From Cyanophora paradoxa CCMP329 (lineage: Eukaryota > Plantae > Glaucophyta): 64,000 nt of DNA. The notes under the pieces are model-generated. The model made no database searches. It saw nothing but the letters and a program-made list of their open reading frames with translations, and was not told where the DNA came from. The position numbers and the translations under genes were made by a program. The stretch spans positions 62,001-126,000 of the forward strand of contig QPMI01000633.1 of the NCBI GenBank assembly GCA_004431415.1, given 5' to 3'. Positions 41,440-53,481 of the stretch are shown piece by piece; positions within the stretch are counted from its first letter, which is position 1, and every line of letters starts with the position of its first letter.

Positions 41440-42595
41440 GTTGGGAGAGGAGTACGGCGAGGGGGACGGCGGGGGGCGGCCAGTTCAGCTTGGCGCGCAC
41501 TCTGCACGCGCGGGACGGGGGCCTTCAGCGCGCGCGCCCTGGCGAGCGCCCGGGGGCGATGCGCGCACCGTATCAAGCGCGCCTGGCCCTCGCCCTCGCT
41601 CTTCGACTGCAGGCCATAGTACGTCGCGCTGCGCGGCCGTCAGCGCGCGGACCAAGCGCCGGCCCGCCCGACGCGGCGCACGCGGCGTGGGTGATCAGCC
41701 GCTGGAAGTCGTCGTCTGGGGGGCGGCGTCACGCGCGGACGGCGCGCGGGGGCGCAAGAACGGGGCGGGGCGGGGCCGAGGCGTACAGGGGCCGAGGACG
41801 AGCTCGGGGCCACCTGCGACCGTGAACGCCTGCAGCTCGCCTTCCACCATCTCGAGGAACTGCGCCGGGTCGGCGGCGGGCAGGCGGGCAGGCGACGGAG
41901 GGGCGGACCTGGGTCGGAATGGATCGCCGGAACACTGTTTCGAAAATGAAGAGCGTGAGGTGGCAGCTCACGCAGGACCGCGTCAAGGGGCGGCGAACCA
42001 GCGCGCTCGGGGCGCGGGATGCTGAGGTAACGCTTGAAGCAGTCGGAGGGGTCGACCGTCCGGTTCTCGCCGCGCATGCGACGCGAACGGTCCTCCTCTG
42101 CACACATACCGCGACGAATTGCTCGGAGCAGATCCTGTTGCGCATGCGCGGTCACGGAAAGGCAGGCCGAGAAAGTTCAGCTCGTGGCCCTGGCGCACCG
42201 GGTGGAGATTCGCATCAAAAAGATCCTCGAATGATGAGTGGTAGGAGGGCTGGAAGAGGGACCTGCGTGCGCGGTCAGAACCTCGGAATCAGAAGCAGAG
42301 AGCGCGGCGATCCGACAGACCTGATTTCGTCTGGATCAAGATTCGCGGCGAGCCTGGCCTTAAGCAACTCCTCATTAAGGAACCTCTGGAAGCGTCTGCA
42401 GGGCGTCAGCGTGCCCAGCGCGCGGGGCCCGCAACCGCGCACCGGCTCCCTGGACGCCCTGCGGCTCGGAGATCAGGAAATCAAGAAGAATGTGATTCTG
42501 CAAGGAGGTCCTGGCGCACCGGGACTGATGCGGCTGGCCTGTGAGGTACGGTCGAGCTTCTTCTCGCTTTGGAGGGCCGCGGGAGTGGCCATCCT
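41440..42595 (-). CDS. Probable multi-exon host gene of unknown function
   Basis: Coding-like segments (RFLNEELLKARLAANLDPDEI, SLFQPSYHSSFEDLFDANLHP) separated by GTGCG...CAG introns; boundaries approximate. Confidence 0.4.
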
Positions 42596-43089
42596 CTCAG
42601 ATTGCGCTCAGTACTCGCTGTTAGGACAGCCGGTGGCGCTGGAGAGACTTCGATTGTCGCAGCGCGGCCGACTTCGCGCTTAAAAGTTCACACGCTCAGT
42701 CCAGGGTACGTGTTCGGATCGAATCTGACATTGAACCGCGCCGGCACCGCGCCGCGGCATTAGGACAGATAGCTAGCGATAGGGGGCACGCGCACACGTG
42801 CCCCCACTGGTAGGCTAGCTAGCGCCACACGTGCCCCCACTGGTAGGCTAGCTAGCTGCATGTCACCATATCTTTCCAAACCGCCTGTGGCGATGTTGAT
42901 AGTTGTTAATGGCGCAGGGTGCTCTAGCTGCAAAACGACATGCATAATGTACAAGCTCGCGATCGACCGGCCGCGGGAGGCAAGTCTGGGGCAGAGGGCG
43001 AGGCCGGCGCCGCGCGCGCGGGTCACGTCCCGATCGATATCACTGTCGACGTCAAGATCACCAGCGGGAGAGGGAGCCAAAGTCTGAGT

Positions 43090-44720
43090 GGAGGGCCCGC
43101 TCCCGGGCCTCCCCCTTCATCTCGACGAGCTCCTCCCGCGAGAACGACGCCGGCACCTGCGCTCGCGTGAGCTCCAGCCCCGGGGGGCGCGCTGGCCAGT
43201 TGGTTCAGCGCGCCTGGTCGTAGACGGTGAGGAAGTGCCTCTCGTCGCCCGACTTCAGCGCCTCCACCAGCTTCCACACCCTGCCCCCACGCCTCAGCGC
43301 TCCCCAGCGTTCCTCGCCGTCGCAGGCCGCCGGCGCGCACCACTCCTTGCGGAGCTTGGCGCGGGCCTTGGCGGCCGCCGACGCCTTCTCGGGGTCCTCC
43401 TCCTCCTCCGTCCGCTGTGCCGCCCGCCGCGCCTGCGCGCGCGCGCACGGGCGCCCTGAGCCTCGGGCAAAGGGCCCGCTTGAGGGGCGGGGCGGGGCGC
43501 GGCCTCGGACCTCGGCCCGCTTCGCGAGCAGCCGCGCCAGCATGCGATCCTCGTACGTGTCGCCGCCCCCGCCGGACTGGCCTCGCCAGCGTCACGTGGC
43601 GGGCGCCGGCGCGGGCGAGGCCTGCGCACGGCCTGCTCGGGCTTGGGCCGGCGCTGGAGCTTGGCGATGAGGATGTCCTCGAGGCGGGCCTCCCGCGCCG
43701 CCCGCTCCTCCGCCTCCAGCCTCGCCCGCTCCGCCGACTCCTGCAGCGCCCGGCCGCGTGAGCGGGGCGGGGCGGGGAGGGCGGAGGCTGGGGCGGTCAC
43801 GAGAAGTGTTTGGTGTATGTGGTAGAAGTGGTCGAGGAAGGTCACGTTCCTGCGCCCGCTCGCTCAGCCCCCGGCCCGCCCGCCCCCGTCCCCGGCCCCG
43901 CCCCCCGCACCGTGAGGGCGAGGGCGGGCCCGGAGACGCCGGGCCCGGCGCCGGCGCGTTCGGCGAGGGGCCGGGGGACGCCGGCGAGGAGGGGGAGGGC
44001 TTGAGGGGGCCGGGGCCGGCGCCGGGGGTGGCGGGCGGGGAGGAGGGCCCCGGGCGGGAAGGTTGAGGGGGGACCGGGCGGAGACGCGGGAGGGCGCGCC
44101 GTGGCGGGAGGGCGAGGGCGAGGGGGCGAGGGGGCGACGCCGCCCCGCGGCGCTGCGCAGGGGCGAGGCCACGGCCGCGAGGGGGGGCGGGAGGAGCGGC
44201 GCCGATGCGACGCGGGAGGGCCGGCGGGCCGGGATGGCGGGGAGCGCGGCGGTATCCCCCGTCTGCGGTCGCTTCGCGTGCCCCACGCGGGTGGCCCCGC
44301 TCAGGTCCGCCGCGCCGGGGGCGGCCGGGGCTCCGCCCCGAAGCATCTGCCTGCGCGCGGGCTTCAGCGGGCGCAGCGGCCCAGCGGGCCGCATGCGCGC
44401 ACCGCCTTGCCGCATCGGCGGTGATCCGCGACTTGGAGTAGATTGGGACGGGAAGTGCCTTCGAATTCGGCGAGCTGGCCGTCCGCCGCGGGCGGGCGCG
44501 GTCGCCCCACGGATCTCGATCGTATAAGTGAAGGTCATAGAGCACCTGCGCAGCTCCCCCGATTGAGCGGCGCGGGGCGCGGCGAGGGCGCGCGTGAGCA
44601 GGCCGCACCTCCGACCGCTCGCCCTGCGCTGTCTCCGCCGGCTCCAGCTTCTGCAAAACCAAGTCGGCGAGGCTGCTCGTCGACGCGATCTGTGTCTGCC
44701 GGCCGACAGGCATGTTTGTC
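43090..44720 (-). CDS. Probable multi-exon host coiled-coil protein of unknown function
   Basis: Exon-like pieces AERARLEAEERAAREARLEDILIAKLQ, YEDRMLARLLAKRAE, KLVEALKSGDERHFLTVYDQ; boundaries approximate. Confidence 0.45.
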
Positions 44721-45259
44721 TGCCGGCTCGACAGGTGTCAAGCCCAGCGAGGTTACACTGATGCCTCCAGCTTGGCACCAGCGCTGCAGCCGAGTTTCGC
44801 GCGCCCCGGATTGTCACTGTGTGCGCATGCCGCCCAGAAGCCTGAGGATGCGCGGTCGGGCTGGGCCGCGGTTCAACGCGGACGGGCTCGGAGCAATCTG
44901 CAACTGGCAGCGCTGCAGTCAAGTACAAATCTACCACTCGGCTGATCCAGCAGCTAAGCTTCGCCGTGTCCGGCTCGGAGGCAAACCTCAATTGCGAACG
45001 AAGTGCGCAACAGCACCCTAGTGGCAGGCTAGTGCGACGCAGTACTTAATTGTGCCGCCGATCGGGGCATCGGGCACCAGCGAAGTCCAGCTTCTGCAGC
45101 TCAGCGCACGGCGAGCGCTCCGGCGGCGGTTAGCTCAGAGTCCCAAAGTTTAGATCCGTCTAGCTTGTAGACGTTCTGTCTGCAGCCTGCATGTTTCTCG
45201 AAGTACACTAGTACTCGAGCTTCGAAGCGAGTACTAGTGGGAGGCAGTGTGCAGGAGTG

Positions 45260-46849
45260 ATGGCGGACGCCGACGAGGAGGAGCTCTTCGTGGCAGTCGA
45301 CTGCGAGACCACCGGCGTCGATCTGCGCAGGGACGCCATCGTCGAGCTCGCCGCCGTGCGCTTCGTCGGCGCTTTGCAGGCCGACAGCTTCCGCACGTAC
45401 GTCGCGCTCCCCGACGGCGTGGAGCTCCCCAAGGAGGCATCCGACGTGCACGGGATTACCCCGGAGCAGCTGCGCGGCGCCCCGTCCACCGGCGAGGCGT
45501 TGCGCGGCTTGCTCTTGTTCATCGGCGGCGCGCGCCACGTCGTCGGACACAACCTGCTCGCCTTCGACAAGCCCATGCTGGAGTCGAACGCGCGGCGGGC
45601 GGGGCTGGAGGCGCCCCTGCAGGAGGCGCTGGAGCGGTGGGCGGGCATCGACACGCTGCGCCTCGCGCGCGCGCGGCGGCCCGAGGACCCGGGCTTCAAG
45701 CTCGTGGACCTCTGCGCGCGCATCGGCATCCCCCTCACCAACGCGCACAGTGCGCCCTGCCATCGCGCCCCCTCCCGCCCGGCCCGGCCCCTCAGGCGGC
45801 CCCAGGCGCGCTGGACGACGCGCGCGCCTCTGGGCTCCTCCTCCTTGCCCTCCGCCAGCCGGGCGAGTCCCTCGCGTCCCTCGCCGACGCGTGTATCCCC
45901 CGCGTGCTCGCCTCCATGCCCTGGGGTGCGTCCGCCGTGTCGCTCCCTCGCGCCGCCCCGGCCCCGGCCCCTCGAGCGGCTCGCGCCAGGCAAGCACAAG
46001 GGGAAGTCTTTCGCCGACATCCCCCCCGACTACCTTGCGTGGCTCTCGGATCGGGTCCGCTGGCCGAACCCCTCCACCCCTCCACCCCCCCCCCCCCCCC
46101 CCCCGGCGCCCGGCCCCGCCCGCCCCCCCTGACGTACGAGGCGCGCGTTGCCGGTCGGCGTCAGACCACGGACGCGGACGTCAACCTCAGCGCGCGGCAG
46201 GCGCTCGCGGCCGCGCGCGAGTCCTCTGTCGTGCGCGCCCGCCCCCCTCCGGTTCCTCGCGGCCCCCGTTCCCGTCTTAGGAGCGCAGGCCGCGGCGCTC
46301 GAGGCGATGGCGAGGGGCCAGCGCTGGGTGCGCGTCTCCGGCCCGGACTACGTCGGAGAGGGCGCGCGGGCGGCGGCGACGACGCCGGAAGCGGGGGCGG
46401 AGGGGGAGGAGAAGGGCGAGCCGGGGGCGGGGCGGGGGCCCTCGGTCGGCCGGCCCGGCGCTGGGGCCCCCGCCCTCCCCGAGGGCCCCCTGTACCGCTC
46501 CTTCATGGGCGGCGCCCCCGCGCGCCCCGCCGCTGAGGCCGACCCCGCTCCACCCCGCCGCCTCCTCTGCACTCTCCCGGCCGCCACGGCCCTCTGCAGG
46601 CGCGCCCCGCCCCGCCCGCGGCCCCTCGCCGCCGCTACTCACCCTTGCGCGTGCGGCAGGGAACCGGCGCTCCACATGTGTACCCCGCCGCCGACCCTGA
46701 GGCCTCCCTGCCGCCCCGCACCCGCGGTGCCGCCCGGCTCTGGGCGGGAGGAGGCGGGCGCGGCGGTGCGCCCCAGGGCGAGGCTGCACCCCCTGCCCTA
46801 CACACGGCTCGCGCGGCTCTTTAGGACGATGTGCCCTTGGATACGATGA
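45260..46849 (+). CDS. DEDDh 3'-5' exonuclease (DnaQ/exonuclease X-like), spliced
   Basis: Exo I VDCETTG, VHGIT, Exo II GHNLLAFD, IDTL, Exo III AH|(R)ALDD across an intron; MPWG|KHKGKSFADIPPDYLAWL ExoX-type C-terminal module; 3' end uncertain. Confidence 0.82.
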
Positions 46850-47096
46850 GAACAGGACTTGGTGAGGTGCGCGATTGCTGCACTGGCTAGGGCCCGGGTC
46901 AGCGGCGCCCAGCCGCCCGGCGAGCGAAGAAGGCCCGTATGAGGGTCGACAGGAAGCGGTGCGAGTGCGCGTCGCACTGCGGGGCAGCGGGTAGCAATGA
47001 GCGACGAAGGGGGCTACGGCGGGAAGGAGGGGTACCATGTCCGGGGCGACGAGCCGCTCCTGGAGGCCGGAGGCGGCCATGCGCTCGCCCTCGGGC

Positions 47097-48570
47097 CTAA
47101 ACGGCGGCGGGGGTCAGCGAGGGGGCGACGGTCGGGGCGGGGCGGATGACCGACCGCCCGCGGAAGAAGCTCCGGTCCGGCCCGACGGCGAGCAGGCGGG
47201 CGCAGAGGGGGCACGCCCCGGGAGCTGGCGGCTGCGCGGCGGCGTCGGCGCGGGCGCGGGAGGGGAGCGCGAGGGGGGCGGGGCGGGCCTCGGGGCGGCC
47301 GGGGACGCGCCGGGCGAGCTGCTCCTGGGAGCGCCGGCCCTCCTCCTCCGTCAGGATGCCGTTCGCTGCCGGGCGCTCTCGGAAGGGCGCGGGGCGCTCG
47401 GAGAGGCGAGGGCACCGACGAGGGCGGGGAGGATGAGGTCGTTGACGTGCCCCGCAGCGAGCTCGGGGTGCCCCTGGAAGGTGAGGAGGCCGTCGCCGAT
47501 GGCGAAGGCCTCGTTCCGGCACGAGGGGGACGAGGCGACGACGACCGCCCCGGAGCCCGGCGGCAGCTTCGCCACCTCGTCCCCGTGGCTCTCTGCGTCC
47601 CATCAGACCCAGCTCGCCCTCCCCCCCCAAGCGTGCCGGCGCGCGCCAAGGATGCGGATGCTGGACGGGACGGCGCCCCCCAGCGCCTCGACGGCCTCCT
47701 GGACGTACGGCAGGCGGTAGAAGCTGCAGCGCGGCTCGGAACTAGAGGCGCGCTTGGGGGCGGCGCGGAGCGCGCGGGGGCCCCCGCACTCTTCGTTGGG
47801 TTCGACGTTCTCTGCACCGAAGCAGAAGCCGGGCCCGCGGGCCGTGAGGCCGCCCAGCGCATGCGCGATGACCTGTCGGTCGTCCACGATCAGCCTCGAA
47901 GGCAGCGGCGTTGGCCGGGATAGATCATGTAGAGTGGCTTGCCTGGTGCCCGAAACAGACGCCGAGCAAGCGCGGGCCGTGCCCGTCGACGCGCCCGTCC
48001 AAGTACCGCCTGTAAAACTCCCGGATCCACTCGCGTAGGTTCGCGACCCAGACGGCCTCCGAGTACGCCGAGCTCGGGCTCCCGCTTATGACCTGCCGGC
48101 TTGCGTGTTAGGACGCGAGACATGCAGAACGGCTCAGGAGAAGCGTCTCACCACTCCTTCAAGCGCGCTAAGCGCGTCAGCCGTGGGGAGCTGCCCGTCA
48201 GGTGCCGAGAATACGATCTGGCCGCCGTCAGACAGCGAGCAGCGCTGACTGAGCCAAGTTCTCAGCCAACACGCGCGCAGCGCTAGCGACTCACGTATTC
48301 GTCACCACTCCAGCGCTCAGTCGTCGGATCGTGCGGGTACTCCTCGGGATCGCTGCCGTCCGACGCGGGCTTGCAGGCTGAAGACTGGACAAGCTCGAGG
48401 AGTGCCGGATCGACCTCGCGCGCGCTGGGTGCGCGGATGCGGAACTCTCTGGCGTCCGATATCAAGCACGCGTAGACAACAGCCGACCGTTTCCACTTGC
48501 TCGCATTTGCACAGCTTATGACCGCTATGCGAAGCCCCCGTCCGCTGCCTGCAGGCCCGGAAGGCGCCAT
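47097..48570 (-). CDS. Class I glutamine amidotransferase-like protein (GMP-synthase-like/gamma-glutamyl peptidase), spliced
   Basis: SGSPSSAY, LLGVCFGHQ|VIAHALGG nucleophile motif, SHGDEV, FQGHPE; 3' end approximate. Confidence 0.85.
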
Positions 48571-49106
48571 TCGTGCTTCGGGGCCCTTTCCGCTGCCTAG
48601 GCCTGCGCCAAGCCTCGCCCGCTGGAGGCCGCTGCCGACGCGTACGCGTGCAATATCTCTCGCGACACAGCGCGGCCGCAGACGCAAGAAGCTTTAGGCC
48701 GACGTTTCTTGCGCACGTCGACGTTCGCGGCGGCGGAGACGCTGCTTCAAAGCTCCAGATTTTGCGCCAGAGAGCTCGCTAGCGCTAGCGCTATAACCCT
48801 TCGCCGAATGCGACACGCGGACACGTACCCCTTAGGCCGTCCTTCTGACTCCTTCACGGTGCCTGCTGCGCATGCTAGCTGTTGGCCAGTGCTACGCTGC
48901 GCAAGCGCCTGTCGGCCCATTGAAGCAGTCAAGCCTTGGTTGCTAGCTCTAACGTCCCAGTTGAACAGCCCGCCCCCCCCCCCTCCCCTCCCCCCCCTCC
49001 CCCCCCCCCCCCGGCGCCCCCTCGTGCCATCGGCCGAGCTGAAAAGGCTTCCTCGTGCAACAGACGAAAGGACCCCTGCTGTACAAGGCGGTGGGGGGCC
49101 CGCCGC

Positions 49107-51175
49107 TCAGACGCGCTTGCTGACGGTGGTGGTCCGCGCAATGCCGCCCTTGTTCGAGAGGGTCGCGTCCTCGCTCGGGGTCTCCCGCCCGCCGCTGCCA
49201 GCCCGCGCCGTGGCGCCGGCGGGGGCGGAGCCGGGGGGCGCGGGGGCGGCGTTGGCGGCGGCGCGCTTCTTCCTCTTGGTCTTCTTGGTGGCCTTCTCGA
49301 GCATCATGGAGGCGAGGCGCTTCATCTGGTCCCGGTCCGGCACGTCCTCCTCCGCGTCCTCGTCCCCCTCGTCGTCCGACAGCTCCTCCTGCGCCGCCCC
49401 CGCGCGTCAGAGCGGCCGCCGTGGCGTCGCGAGGCGAGGCGCCGGGCGCGGCTCGCCTGCGTCCGGTCGGGGAGCTTGACGCGGATGTTGTTCTCCTGGC
49501 GCGCGAGGTCCTCACCGCCCTGCGCCAGCGCGACGTGCCTGCCCGACTTGGTGTACTGCTCCTTCTCCTTCTCGGGGTCAATCTTGAGCACGTCCATCAA
49601 ATGCATCAGCTTCTTCTCGCAGTGCTGCAGCACCGGCACCACCGTATCGTCCGACATCGGCACCTGCGCGCCCCCGCACTCGGCGGCCGCCCCAGCGACG
49701 GGAGTGCCCCGCAGGGCGGGGCGGCGCGGACCGGCGGCTCGTCGATCTTGACGCCGTCGAGCTTGTCGCCAAGGTGGGCGATGCCCGCCTTCACGTTGAT
49801 CAGGATCTTCGCGATGCGCTCGTACCTGCGCGGCGGGCGCCGCTCAGGCACGACGGGCGGGGCGGGGGCGGGGCGGGGCAGGGGCGGGGCGCACTTCTGG
49901 CGGTTGCGCTCGCACTTGGCGTTGGAGGTGGTGAGGTGCGACTCGAACTGGTCGACGACGGTGCGGCTGCCGAAGTTGCCGGCGCCGCTGTACTTGACCT
50001 CCTCGACCTTGGCCTTGAGCGCGTTCTTTTCCTCGTTGAGCGCGTCGATGCGCTTCTGGGCGTCCTTCGTCATCTCGATGAGGTTGTTGTGCGTGTCCTC
50101 CTGCGTCAGGAACTTCTGGATGACCTCGTTCACGTCGCCCACGCCCGTCGCGTCCTTGATCTTCCGGAACGCCTCCTCGAAGGTCGTGATCCGCTCCGCC
50201 TCCTCCTCCAGCTTCTGCTCGTTCATCGCGTGGTGGAAGACGTTCGTCACGACGCTCTTCTTCAGCGCCCGCTCGCCCTCCTCGCCCAGGTCGCCCGCCG
50301 CCTCCGCCTGGATCTCCCGCCGCATCTTCTCCCGCTTCTCCAGCCGCTGCGCCATCTCCATCTTCTGCTGCACCACCGCCCGCCGCTCCGCCAGCTCCTT
50401 TTCCCTCTGTTTCCTCTCATCCGCTATCTGCTGCTCCAGCTTCGCTAGCTCCGCCTGCGGGCGCGTGGTGCGTCGGCTCCTGTGCATGCAGGAAGGCGGA
50501 CTGGGGTGCGCGTCCCCGCGTACCTTGGCAACTTCCTTGGCGTGGTTGGCGTCGTGCGACATGAGCATGAGCTCCTCCAGATCGTGCTCCTTCGCCTTCA
50601 GCGTGCGCTCGATCGCTTGGAGCTGGTTGTCGAAGCCAATGCGCTCCTCCTGCTCGAGCGAGGGGGGCTGATCAGCGTGCGCTGAAGCGGGGCAAGGGCG
50701 GGGCGCCGACCTTCAGTCGCTTCACAATCTGCTCGTAGGTTTTGCGGATGCTCTGTGCCTCATTGTACTTGATCATGGCCTTGTCCAGGCGATTCTCTAG
50801 TGTTCTTATTTGCTGTGGCGCCCGGCGTTAGACACAAGTGCAGAGGTTGAGCGGCAGGCCAGCTAAGACGCACCCGTGTGAGCGGCGAGTCCTCTGAGTT
50901 TGGCCTAATGGACTCCCGCTCCAGGTCCTTGAGCTTATCGGTCATCGCCTTGACCTCCTTCTCCTTGGCTAGTGCGCCATGCCGCAGGTCGTCGTACTCC
51001 TTGCGAAGCTTGACGACCTGGTCTTCTAGCTTAATAGTCTCTCCTTCCAGGCCCTCGGATCCGCCGCCCATCTCGGGCTGCGGAGGCGCCACGCATCAGC
51101 AAGCGGCAGCATAGCTAGGCGCAAGGCGGCCACCTTCTGGCTCACGACGAGCGCCCCGGCGCTCTTCGTCGTCAT
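49107..51175 (-). CDS. Outer dynein arm docking-complex coiled-coil protein (CCDC151/ODAD3-like), spliced
   Basis: IRTLENRLDKAMIKYNEAQSIRKTYEQIVKRLK, EERIGFDNQL, FEEAFRKIKDATGVGDVNEVIQKFLTQ; paralogue identity and start uncertain. Confidence 0.75.
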
Positions 51176-51454
51176 CTTGCTGCTTGCTGGGCGCCGCCGG
51201 GCGCAGCAAAAGCTCTGGTTGGAAAATAGGTTTCTGACTGGGGTACGCAAATCACGCAAGCGATCCAAACTTGAGCCGGCGATCCGCAGCAGACGCGAAG
51301 ATGACACTCAGCGCGCTAAGGTTCGCAGCCGCCGCCAGCTCCTTCTCCCGCCTACCGCCGCCCGTGCTCTGCGCTCACCGGCCGCGCCTGCCCGCAGCAC
51401 TCCGAAGGTGCCCCAGCCCCGCCTCGACGCCTTAGTGTGCACTCGATATCGGAG

Positions 51455-53481
51455 ATGGGCTCTGACCGCCGCGGCGGACACGGCATTCGACGGCAGCTAA
51501 CAGCTGCGCCGAGCTAACGAGCTAACACCTGCCCCCTCAGGGAGTGAAGTACGAGTGCGAAGTGTGCGGGAGGCAGGCCATGGTGCAATGCCAGATGTGC
51601 AGAGTGACGTACTACTGGTTCGCGGCGCCAGGACGCGTCGGCTAGGCGTCCGCTTGGCTCACTCGAGCGTGCAGCAACAAAGACCACCAGCGGCTGGACT
51701 GGGAGGGCATCCACGAGAAGATATGTCAGCTGCTGATCCCGCTACGAACGCCGCCGCTCATCATCGGGAGCGAGGAGGAGCGCATTCGGCGGCAGATCTC
51801 CATCCAGATGCACCAGGCGCGCCGCGCCGCGCCGCGCGCCCCCGGGCCGCCCCTGACGCGGCGTGGGCAGCGGGCGATGATCGAGATGACGCGGGCCGAG
51901 TCCATCAAGTTCCTGGCGCACGAGAAGTTCGAGCTGGCTATCCCGGCAGCCATCCAGGCGCCCGCCGCCGGCCCCGCTGAGCGCCCCGCGCCGCGCTGAG
52001 CGGCTGGGGCGGGGCAGGCGCTGAGGCTGTCGGTGGACGTGTACGGCGCGGGGGCCATCGAGCTCGTCCCCGCCTACCTGCTCCTCGCGGAGGCCAACCT
52101 CGGTGCGCCCCCGCCCCCCGCTCTTCGGCGCCGCCGCGGCCGCTGAGGGCGCCGCAGGCCTGCAACGGTACAAGCAGGCCGAGGAGTACCTCTCCCTGGC
52201 CAACTGGAGCATAGTGAAGAACCCGGGTGCGCGCTGTGCTCGCGCCCCGCCGCTTCGCGCGGCGCCCCGCGCTGACGGGGAGCCCCACGGGGGGCGGCAG
52301 ACTGCTCGCACGCCGTCCGGTCGCAGCTGCACAGGAACTTCGGCAAGCTGTACGCCTCGCAGGTTCGAGCCCGATCCGGCCGGGCCGCACGGCGCTCGGC
52401 GCTCCGGCGGGGGCGGGGGCGTGAGGCGTGCGGGGGCGCAGGGGAAGGGCGACGACGCGCTGAAGCAGCTCGCCCACGACGTGCGCCTGCCCGCCCCCCA
52501 GGCCCCCTTGTTGCTCACCCTCCACCCCCCCTTCGCCCCAGGTCTACTACTCGAGCCTCATGTTCGGGCCGGAGCACGGTGCGGGGCGTGCGGGCGGCGC
52601 GGGGCCCGGCGGCGGGGCGCGGGCGGCTGAGCGGGGCCCCTGGGCGGGCGGGGCCGGCAGTGGTGACGGCGGGCGGGCTCTTCCAGATGGCGCAGGTCTT
52701 CATGCAGCAGGAGCGCAGCGAGGAGGGCCACGCCGTCTTCGACAAGGCCCGCCCGCCCCGCCCCGCCCGCCCCCGCCCCGCCCGCCCGCCCCTGACGCGC
52801 ACGGGCCGGCGCAGGTGCACAGCGTCTGGCACAGGCACGTCCACGCGCTCCTCAACCCCGCCACCGTCGCCCCCGACGCCGCCCCCGCCGAGCCCCTCAG
52901 TGCGCGCCTGTCCCCCCCCCTCCCCCCCCCCTCGTCCGGGCGGGGCGGGAGCGGGGCGGGGCGGGAGCTGACGGCGGCGGCGCGCGCAGGCGAGTCGCAG
53001 GTGACCGAGGGCATCGAGATGCTCAACAAGATCCAGAAGGTGCGGGCAGAGGGGGGCGCGGTCGGGCCCGGCTCGAGGCGCCCGCCCCGCGCAGGTCCGG
53101 GAAGACACGATGGGCACAGAGCACGCCACCGTCGGCGAGGCGCGCTTCCCCCCAACTCCCCCACCGACCCCGGGGCCGGGGGGCCCGGCCGCTGACAGAG
53201 GCGCAGATCGCGTACACGGTGGGCCTCCTGTGGGAGTACATGGGCGACAAGGAGCGCGCCCTGGAGCTCTACTCCCGCGTGCGCCCCCCGCCCGGCCCCG
53301 GCCCCGCGCGCCCCCCGCCCGCCCCTCACGCGCCCTCTCTCCCCGGCAGGCGCTGCGGATATACCAGGAGCAGCTGGGGCTGGAGGCGGCGCAGACGCTG
53401 GACCTGCGGCGGGCGATCACGCGGCTCACGGGGCAGGACCCCATCGCCCGCCAGGCCATGTCCGGCGGCATCCTCGGCTAG
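51455..53481 (+). CDS. ZMYND12: Zinc finger MYND domain-containing protein 12-like, spliced
   Basis: CEVCG...CQMCRVTYY, DWEGIHEKICQLL, IELVPAYLLLAEANLG, AEEYLSLANW, SQLHRNFGKLY; start approximate. Confidence 0.82.

Noticed and set aside
42795-42860. Tandem duplication CACGTGCCCCCACTGGTAGGCTAGCTAGC x2
   Set aside because: Short local duplication with no further support for function
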